From IMG/VR virus record IMGVR_UViG_3300037245_000888, positions 47,833-111,832 of that record: a stretch of 64,000 bases of DNA. One strand, 5' to 3'. Origin of the DNA: a virus. The notes under the pieces are model-generated. The model had not been told where the DNA came from, did not search any database, and saw only the letters and a list, made by a program, of their open reading frames with translations. Within the stretch, counting starts at the first letter, position 1; every line of letters begins with the position of its first letter. Below are positions 51,919 to 58,997 of this stretch, in pieces. Both the position numbers and the translations under genes were made by a program.

Positions 51919-51923
51919 TGTCT

Positions 51924-53093
51924 CTATCCTTTCTTATTTTCCTTTTTCTCATCTCTTAATTCTATTGCAATTTCTCTAACTTGCTCTTTTAATTTCATAT
52001 TTTCATTTCTGAGATTATTATTAGTTTCTGTTTGAAGTCTAATAACCTCTTTAGCTGAATCATCTCCAAAATTAAGAGTTTTTATTATAGACTCATTAGA
52101 AGCATCTAATACAGCTTTAACTGGTTTAGATGTTAATATTTTAGAATAGTCTACAGCTATTTCATCGTAACCATAGTCTTTATATCTTTTCATTTTACCA
52201 GAGAGTTTAGATTTTCCAGTTGTGTCACTAGTAATCCATTTATTCTCTTTTATAATTTTTACAACTGTGTCAGACAATTTAGTTTTCTGACTTATATAAG
52301 TTGCTGACTCACCAACGTTATCTCTTGACGCACTATGATTATTATTAACTAAAGACAAACAGATATCATAATGTCTGATTTGCTGGTTGATATTTATAAT
52401 TTGTAATATAATATTCATTTTATATGAATCGTTTACCAAGTCATCATCTTCAAGGTATAAAACTAATTCTTGATACATTTTAGCCAATTGATAATCTTCA
52501 TAACCATAACCCTCAAATGGGTCATGACCGACTTTCTTTTTAATATCACTCATATTTCTTTTGTCAATGGTGCTTAATTTACCTTTTACAGCCATATCTT
52601 TTAACATAGCTTCAACCGTAGCATCGTCTCTTAATTCATCTGAACCATCAAAGTTATAATTGCCTAATCCAGTTTTGAATCCATTCATCTGTCCCATGTA
52701 ATTCCCTATGTGGGCGTCTATGGATTGATTTTCAGATTCATTTATCTTTTTTAAAGATGATGCTGCATTTTTTAAATCAAATTTAACATCAATTCTTCTA
52801 CATGTGAAAAACAATGCCTTGAGAGGATCTTTATGATTATCATTATAATATTTCATATAAATAGAAATTAAACATTTTTTGCAAATAGGTACAAGTCCTA
52901 GCCCAGCAAATATAGATCCTTGATTAGCTTTATAATAATTTCTGTTATTAAGTGAAAGTGCATTCCCTCCATGATGGACACATATCATTGATTCAGTATC
53001 AGCATTCATATTTGAACTTCTCTTCTGAGCGGCCACACTAATTTTTAATTCTTCCTTTTTTGGATCTTGTTTAATTTTAGTTGTCTTTGGCAT
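51924..53093 (-). CDS. YonG-like Zn-finger protein (candidate terminase small subunit)
   Basis: CVHH...YYK...PICKKC; immediately upstream of terL. Confidence 0.5.
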   Translation of the reverse strand: MPKTTKIKQDPKKEELKISVAAQKRSSNMNADTESMICVHHGGNALSLNNRNYYKANQGSIFAGLGLVPICKKCLISIYMKYYNDNHKDPLKALFFTCRRIDVKFDLKNAASSLKKINESENQSIDAHIGNYMGQMNGFKTGLGNYNFDGSDELRDDATVEAMLKDMAVKGKLSTIDKRNMSDIKKKVGHDPFEGYGYEDYQLAKMYQELVLYLEDDDLVNDSYKMNIILQIININQQIRHYDICLSLVNNNHSASRDNVGESATYISQKTKLSDTVVKIIKENKWITSDTTGKSKLSGKMKRYKDYGYDEIAVDYSKILTSKPVKAVLDASNESIIKTLNFGDDSAKEVIRLQTETNNNLRNENMKLKEQVREIAIELRDEKKENKKG

Positions 53094-53165
53094 ATAGCCA
53101 CCTAACCTTTCCTTTTATAGTGCTCATCGTTTTTAATTCATCTCGTTTTGTAATTAATTGCATAT

Positions 53166-53197
53166 TAAAACACGCTTAAATTAATAAACGTGCTTTT
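53166..53197 (-). terminator. intrinsic terminator
   Basis: On the - strand AAAGCACGTTTA/TAAGCGTGTTTT. Confidence 0.6.
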
Positions 53198-53209
53198 GTT
53201 TATAATTAA

Positions 53210-54529
53210 TTAAATATCTTGTAAATTTACATTATCAATCAATACTTCACCATCTTCTAGGAAAGTTAATAACGTGGCTCCGGCAGATGATGTAGACTTA
53301 ATTTTGTGTAATCCGTATTCATTTCCACCCATTCCACTTGAGCAATAAATTTCAAATTCATTTCTATTTCCTTGGAATACTGAGAATCTATGCAAGTGTC
53401 CAAGAATAATATAATCATACATAATATCATCTGTTCCTGAATATTTAGCAAGCTTACCTTTATCATTTGCAGAAGTATTATCACCATGAACATATTTAAT
53501 ATTTTTACCATTAATTTCTTCATTATATTCAAGATAGTATTTATTAGTTTGTGTAAATGTAACTCCAGATGGATGCCCTAATTTCTTGTCTAACTTATCA
53601 TATAATCTTTTCATGTTCTCCATTATAATGAAAGTAGCTGAATCAGTATCCAATGCATCGTTCTTAGAGCCATTGAGTCGATCATGATTACCCTTAATCA
53701 TTGTTACTGACACAAAGTATCCAGCATCAGTAAAGTAGTCTATAAACTCTTCATATGCACTCTGAGCGTATGCTATTTGTTCTGATTCTGTAAATTCACA
53801 GTCCCATGCTTGATTGCCACGCAAGAATATAGATTCTACAATGTCACCCATATCAATAATACTTATGTTATTAATGTCATATAATTTAGCCTTAGCCATT
53901 GCTTTATCAGCAAAGTGTTTTAATCTTCTTCTTGTAATATCATAATTGTAAGTATTGTATTCTTCATCAATAACCATTCCAATATGGAAGTCTGCTGTTA
54001 TCACTTTTAAATGTCTATCATTTTCATTGTATTCTTTATTCATTGTTTCTGAATTATAAAAAGGTAATGTAATTAATCCATTTTCTAATAATTCAGCATA
54101 TTTCTCAACCATTAAAATTCCGGGTGTTGCCTCTCTCATTAAATGAGCTAAAGAATTTCTTTCAAGCTGCATATCTCTTTTTCTAATAGTATAATCGCCT
54201 AACATCTCTTGCATTTTACTGAGATGCGATTTAGGTTTTAAAGAATCTAATCCACAACCAGATAACTCAAATTCTTCTGAAGTTAAATTCTCAGCGTCTT
54301 CTAATCCCTTTTCATAACCTTCATTGTAAGACTTAATTCTAATTCTAGCTGGCTTTCTATGTCCTGATTCACCCTTTTTGTCTTTTTCATCAACGTGTTC
54401 ATTTATAATATATCCCATTACCGCATTGTCATGTCCTAATGCTTTCTGCATGGAATACATTCTATCACAATATTCCTCGTATGATTCACTAGGTTGTTTT
54501 CTAACATCTAAGTTATCCATAAACTCCAT
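53210..54529 (-). CDS. calcineurin-like metallophosphoesterase (YonJ-like)
   Basis: Motifs DFH, GD, GNHD, HGD and GHLH. Confidence 0.85.
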   Translation of the reverse strand: MEFMDNLDVRKQPSESYEEYCDRMYSMQKALGHDNAVMGYIINEHVDEKDKKGESGHRKPARIRIKSYNEGYEKGLEDAENLTSEEFELSGCGLDSLKPKSHLSKMQEMLGDYTIRKRDMQLERNSLAHLMREATPGILMVEKYAELLENGLITLPFYNSETMNKEYNENDRHLKVITADFHIGMVIDEEYNTYNYDITRRRLKHFADKAMAKAKLYDINNISIIDMGDIVESIFLRGNQAWDCEFTESEQIAYAQSAYEEFIDYFTDAGYFVSVTMIKGNHDRLNGSKNDALDTDSATFIIMENMKRLYDKLDKKLGHPSGVTFTQTNKYYLEYNEEINGKNIKYVHGDNTSANDKGKLAKYSGTDDIMYDYIILGHLHRFSVFQGNRNEFEIYCSSGMGGNEYGLHKIKSTSSAGATLLTFLEDGEVLIDNVNLQDI

Positions 54530-54637
54530 TCTCCTTTTAATAATCCATTTTCTAATTCATCCATTTAATTTCATTAAATCTGATCCATTTTTATAATCCA
54601 TTCATAATCTATATTCTAATTCATTGTTTCCACACAT

Positions 54638-54680
54638 TTAAAAACACACAACCGTCTCTTACGCAGTCATGTGCTTTTAA
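54638..54680 (-). terminator. terminator ending the ncRNA island
   Basis: On the - strand GCACATGACTG/CGGTTGTGTGT followed by a U-run. Confidence 0.6.
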
Positions 54681-54726
54681 TTATAGGGAGAACATATTAT
54701 AGGTTTGTTTAGTTGATATAAAATAC

Positions 54727-54858
54727 TACATATATAACAAGCTGTGTCGGAATTAAACCAACTTAATCAATATGGATTTGATATTATCTCTTTCCCTTAT
54801 ATATGATAGATATTATCTTACTGTCTTAACATTGGACTTACAGCTTATTATATATGTA
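54727..54858 (-). ncRNA. tRNA-like RNA with 19-bp closing helix, D- and T-like arms and no canonical anticodon arm
   Basis: 54727-45 pairs with 54840-58 (one G-U on the - strand). Arms GTC-CAATGTTAA-GAC and GTTGG-TTTAATT-CCGAC. Confidence 0.5.
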
Positions 54859-54933
54859 ATACTCTAATTTTTAACCAATAACATTTAAATATAAATACTA
54901 TTGATTAAATTTTAAAACAAAACAACACTGCCT

Positions 54934-55006
54934 ACACATCGACAAGACTTGAACTTGCAACCCTTCTGACTGAAGTCAGATACTCTACCAATTGAGCTAC
55001 GATGCT
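54934..55006 (-). tRNA. atypical tRNA / pseudo-tRNA with Lys-like body and 6-nt loop CUUCAG
   Basis: GCATCG/CGATGT acceptor, GCTC-AATTGGTA-GAGT D arm, TCTGA/TCAGA stem, GCAAG-TTCAAGT-CTTGT T arm. 1:72 mismatch and no CCA. Confidence 0.65.
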
Positions 55007-55039
55007 TCGGGTAACTTATGTGTTATTCTGTTAAAACTG

Positions 55040-55174
55040 TCAACTACGCATGACCTCTCGCCTTCATGGAGAACTTGTTCCAATAGGATTTTCAATATCG
55101 ACTGAATAGGTCAAGTCCTATCCTACTGATCACGGTGTATATTTATTGTCCCCACAGTGGGATACATGCGTCGA
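55040..55174 (-). ncRNA. candidate structured ncRNA (~135 nt)
   Basis: Closing helix CGCATG/CATGCG with internal stems TCCCAC/GTGGGG and TAGGAT/ATCCTA; no ORF. Confidence 0.4.
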
Positions 55175-55182
55175 TTTTAATT

Positions 55183-55330
55183 TTGTACACGTTTACTTTC
55201 GTATGCAATTGCTGAAAATTGAACAGTGACAGGTAGTTTCACCTATTGTTTATCATTCCCTACTATGGCTAGGATTCTCCAATAAATTTTTTAAGTCCCT
55301 ACTAACGCAAGGGGTTTCGCCCATATACAA
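55183..55330 (-). ncRNA. candidate structured ncRNA (~150 nt)
   Basis: Closing helix TTGTATATG/CGTGTACAA with GAAA-containing loops (GGG-CGAAA-CCC, AGGT-GAAACT-ACCT, TAC-GAAA-GTA). Confidence 0.4.
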
Positions 55331-55479
55331 ATTAATCTTTAGGGAAAATTAAAACACAGGTAGGTTGACACTCCTACATCTCTAACATTAAATGCTTCAA
55401 TGCTTCTTTACACTTAATAAGTGATAGCTGCCTTTTCTATCCTCTGTGCTCAAGTCCATATAGACGCATTCCATTGTCT

Positions 55480-56110
55480 ACTGCAATCTCAGTTATACTC
55501 ATGGCGAGACGAGGGACTAATTTCGTTCTATATTAATACACTGATTAAAATAGATAGTTTGCTCAACTGAGCTTCCAAAAATGGTTTCGACAAGAATTCA
55601 AGCCTATTGTCCATCGGCATCATGTATACGCTACAAACCTCTTCTGATATATACACTCTCCAACTTTTCTCACTCTCATATTATCTCCGTTCATTATAAT
55701 ACTTTTGAGCTAATCTCATTTGATATGATAGGTATGGTTCACCTTTAATACATTTGACTACTCCCTAAAACGAGAGTAGGTAAGGTAATTTTGCAAGACT
55801 TGTTTTTCAAAGTCTCGTCTTAGGCTCGCAAGGAGCAAAATTTCAATTAACCCACCACTAATCGACACTAACACTTTCCTAAAGTTGGATTTTTAAATCC
55901 TTGTTAGCTCCTTCTCAACATAAATGAGACAGTCTATGGTTCTCTATCAACCCACTCGTGATTGATTCTTTTACAATACCATTTAAAACAGATTAGCTTT
56001 CAAATCTCTAAGTCTGTAAACTCAGGCAAGATTTCGTTCAGTTTGATGTGCATCTGGTCAGTTACTATTCACACCATTACAGTCCAATTTCACCGACAAC
56101 TAGTATTCAG
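55480..56110 (-). ncRNA. large ornate ncRNA candidate (ROOL/GOLLD class)
   Basis: Three stacked end-to-end helices about 600 nt apart, many internal hairpins, no ORF, phage/tRNA context. Confidence 0.55.
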
Positions 56111-56370
56111 ATGTTTAATACATTAGAAGTTTTGATTTAATATACGCATTGCAATACATATATTTCATCAGAGCGACTATCTGATGTGTTTCAATGGAAA
56201 GTGATTTTTATGAGAATCACATTTAAACTCTGACAGCAATCAGATAAAGCTCTGAACCAATGGCTAAGTTCCTATATTCTTAAACTCCGTAGGACTCGGA
56301 AAGATATGCTGTTATACCTTTTATAAATAAGCCTCAAGTCACACGTGATCAAGAGGTCGAACAACTATGT

Positions 56371-56646
56371 TTAATAATTATAATCAACTTTCCATTTAGC
56401 ACCACAAGAACAACTTCCTAGTCTTGTACTATACAATACTTTACCGCAAAGTCCCATAACGGACTCACATGTATCAATTGCAAATGGATTAGCTTCGTTT
56501 TTCTTTCCACATTCAGGACAGATTGACGTTCTTTTATCTATCTCACTTTGCATTTTATTTTTATATATATTATCAGATGAGCTTCTAGAAATATTAATTC
56601 TTATCTCGCCTGATTTCGGATCATTATTTTTCTTTTTAAAGAACAT
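56371..56646 (-). CDS. zinc-ribbon protein
   Basis: CPEC...CSCG; AAGGAG RBS. Confidence 0.65.
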   Translation of the reverse strand: MFFKKKNNDPKSGEIRINISRSSSDNIYKNKMQSEIDKRTSICPECGKKNEANPFAIDTCESVMGLCGKVLYSTRLGSCSCGAKWKVDYNY

Positions 56647-56657
56647 ATTATCTCCTT

Positions 56658-57062
56658 TTAATTTTCTTTAGAATCATCCAAATTGATAATATCTCGTATC
56701 TCTTCTTCTGAATAATATTTTGCATCTCCATTTTTTCTACTCTCAATCATATCATAAATTTCTTTTGCTTCTTCTTCACTTAATACTTCAGATAAAACAG
56801 TAGCTTCAATTTTACATGTCCAAGTTTCAATTTCAACCTCTGACCCGTCATCATTAAATTTTAATGAGTAATGTTTAGCTTCAATTTTAGATGTATCTTC
56901 AAAAAGTATTCTCATACAATCAGTAGGTTCATCTCTAAATATATACAATGTTGCTTTTGTTCCTTTTTGAACGGTCATCTTAAACTCTTCATCACATTCT
57001 GATACTTCACCATTTTCCATTTCTAAAAACTTATTAACAATAATCTTCAATTCCATTTTCAT
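56658..57062 (-). CDS. hypothetical protein
   Basis: AAGGAG RBS, downstream of a promoter. Confidence 0.65.
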   Translation of the reverse strand: MKMELKIIVNKFLEMENGEVSECDEEFKMTVQKGTKATLYIFRDEPTDCMRILFEDTSKIEAKHYSLKFNDDGSEVEIETWTCKIEATVLSEVLSEEEAKEIYDMIESRKNGDAKYYSEEEIRDIINLDDSKEN

Positions 57063-57108
57063 ATCTCCTTATAGTGTATGATGCTAAATTGCATCTTTGG
57101 TTAATTTA

Positions 57109-57137
57109 ATACTACACCAAGTCAATATTATTGTCAA
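57109..57137 (-). promoter_or_regulatory. sigma-A promoter TTGACA-17-TAGTAT
   Basis: TGTCAA at 57132-37 and ATACTA at 57109-14 on the + strand. Confidence 0.7.
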
Positions 57138-57141
57138 GCAT

Positions 57142-57432
57142 TTATTTTAATAGATTTTGTACTTCCTTTAATTGATCTTCACTTAAATTATCTTTACAAT
57201 ACGAAAGCATTGCACTTGTTAAATTTATCATGTCTTCATTTTTAACTTGTAATTTAAGTGTAATATCTCCATTGCCGTAATTCTCATATAATAACATGGT
57301 TTTAAAATCCTGACTATTATTTCTGTGATTATTTATTGTATATGATTTTCCTTCAATATTTTTTTTAGTATTATAGTAAATATCATCTTCAACTTTTATT
57401 TTTGTAAATAACGTTTTATCTTTGTTATCCAT
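57142..57432 (-). CDS. hypothetical protein
   Basis: ORF with GAGG RBS. Confidence 0.6.
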   Translation of the reverse strand: MDNKDKTLFTKIKVEDDIYYNTKKNIEGKSYTINNHRNNSQDFKTMLLYENYGNGDITLKLQVKNEDMINLTSAMLSYCKDNLSEDQLKEVQNLLK

Positions 57433-57749
57433 TTTAATTTCCTCTCATCTTTTTTATTTCCATAAATTTTATCATACACTCCAGCATATTTTAATCTGCC
57501 ATCGTTAATCGCATTAATTATATCCATAATAAAGTAATATTTTGGATCTTCATCAAGCAAAATCTTTATGGCTAGTGAACGAATCTCTTCTAACTCTTCT
57601 GACACAGGGAATCTCTCATTTTGATTAATATCTTTTATATCAATATCTTCGTCATCAATAAATAGTTCATCAATCCACTTTAGAATCATATTACATCTCC
57701 TTTTATAAACCTTACCGGCAAATTCTGAATAGTAGCTAATATTTTTCAC
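57396..57749 (-). CDS. hypothetical protein (start may be the internal ATG after AAGGAG)
   Basis: ORF in operon. Confidence 0.55.
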   Translation of the reverse strand: MKNISYYSEFAGKVYKRRCNMILKWIDELFIDDEDIDIKDINQNERFPVSEELEEIRSLAIKILLDEDPKYYFIMDIINAINDGRLKYAGVYDKIYGNKKDERKLKWITKIKRYLQK

Positions 57750-57927
57750 GTTTATCTATTATACTATGTTCAATTATTAATGCCAATAATAGTGATCCAA
57801 TTAATAACATTAATGTATCACACTCTATTTCAAACATAACCTGAATTACCTTCATGATAAATACAATTATGGATGTTTTTATAGCAATGCTTATTAATGG
57901 ATATTTAAAATATTCTTTCTTGTTCAT
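57736..57927 (-). CDS. small two-TM membrane protein
   Basis: Two hydrophobic segments. Confidence 0.55.
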   Translation of the reverse strand: MNKKEYFKYPLISIAIKTSIIVFIMKVIQVMFEIECDTLMLLIGSLLLALIIEHSIIDKREKY

Positions 57928-57964
57928 TTATTAACCTTTCGTTTTCATTTTTAATCAATCATTT

Positions 57965-58303
57965 TCACTTTGTCTCTATATTTATTATACGCACACCAAT
58001 TCCATATTTATCAATGCACATTTGTTTAATTTCTTTATATTCTTCTGGACGGCCAACATATTTATTTGCTGGTATCTCATATGAATGTTCTTTGTCTTCA
58101 TATATAAGATTAATAATAAAGTATGTTTTCCTACTATTTATTGAAGTAGTATTACATTTACTATTTTTCTTATCTAAAGCTGCAAGAGATCTATGTCTTT
58201 TCTTGGCACGCCTTTTACATTTGTAATTTCCTTCTTCATATAATTTTTCATATGATTCAAACTCATCGTACGATTCTTCGTAAAGTTCTGACAGTTCTGA
58301 CAA
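57965..58303 (-). CDS. hypothetical protein (start corrected to TTG 58303)
   Basis: The upstream extension in the ORF track overlaps tRNA-Ser; AAGAAGG RBS precedes the TTG. Confidence 0.55.
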   Translation of the reverse strand: MSELSELYEESYDEFESYEKLYEEGNYKCKRRAKKRHRSLAALDKKNSKCNTTSINSRKTYFIINLIYEDKEHSYEIPANKYVGRPEEYKEIKQMCIDKYGIGVRIINIETK

Positions 58304-58340
58304 AGGATCAACCTTCTTTCTTTTATGTCGTAGAATAAAA

Positions 58341-58429
58341 TGGCGGACAGTGTAGGATTTGAACCCACGCATGTTTTTAGCATCTAACTGGTTAGCAACC
58401 AATCCTCTTAACCACTTGAGTAACTGTCC
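58341..58429 (-). tRNA. trnS: tRNA-Ser(GCT)
   Basis: GGACAGT/ACTGTCC acceptor, TT-GCT-AA loop, long variable arm, TTCAAAT T loop, G73 and encoded CCA. Confidence 0.93.
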
Positions 58430-58577
58430 GTACCTCGACCTTTTTTAACGATAAAAACCTCCGCACTCACTAATTGTAAATCGCCTACTTTTTAAAGATG
58501 AAAATAGGTAAAACTAGTTTCTATGTTTTTATGTATCTGAAATGTTTCAAGAAACTTATAAAGAACATTAACACTTT

Positions 58578-58653
58578 TGGGTCAAATAATGAGATTTGAA
58601 CTCACGATACGAGGATTCACAGTCCTCTGCCTTACCACTTGGCTATACTTGAC
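58578..58653 (-). tRNA. trnH: tRNA-His(GTG)
   Basis: G-1:C73 pair, GAGGA-CT-GTG-AA-TCCTC anticodon arm, TTCAAAT T loop and encoded CCA. Confidence 0.93.
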
Positions 58654-58997
58654 ATATTTTATGACTACCACCGAGAGTAAAGTTATCGTCTTACTCCCAT
58701 GGTAGTGATTTATTAATATGGCATAAGCTCTCTAAGAATACTTATGCACTGATCAATCTTTTTTAATATAAGGGAAGCGGCTACTCCGTTGTAAATTGTT
58801 GCTTTGATGTATTCAAAACACCATCACTAAATTTCAACAACTTTCACCGTAGGCATGTGTAACATGTTGCAATCCCAGCTCTCAGCCCCTATCGTCTCTA
58901 TATAGCCACCTTTCGACAGCATTCAAACCCTTGCAATCACTATGGCTCATTTTATTTTCCGAACTAAAATGGATAAAAAGTACGTTTTAAAACCTTT

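Noticed and set aside
54934-55006. Genome-wide UGA recoding implied by the UCA loop
   Set aside because: Long genes are intact in the standard code, Trp uses TGG, and TGA serves as a stop in an ATGA overlap at 26589-26592.
56160-56190. Hammerhead ribozyme core (CUGAUGA on the - strand)
   Set aside because: The motif is paired within a simple CATCAGA/TCTGATG hairpin, and no three-stem junction was found.
58304-58402. N-terminal extension of ORF 57965-58402 and ORF 58174-58383
   Set aside because: Both overlap a well-formed tRNA-Ser; a downstream TTG start with an RBS is more plausible.
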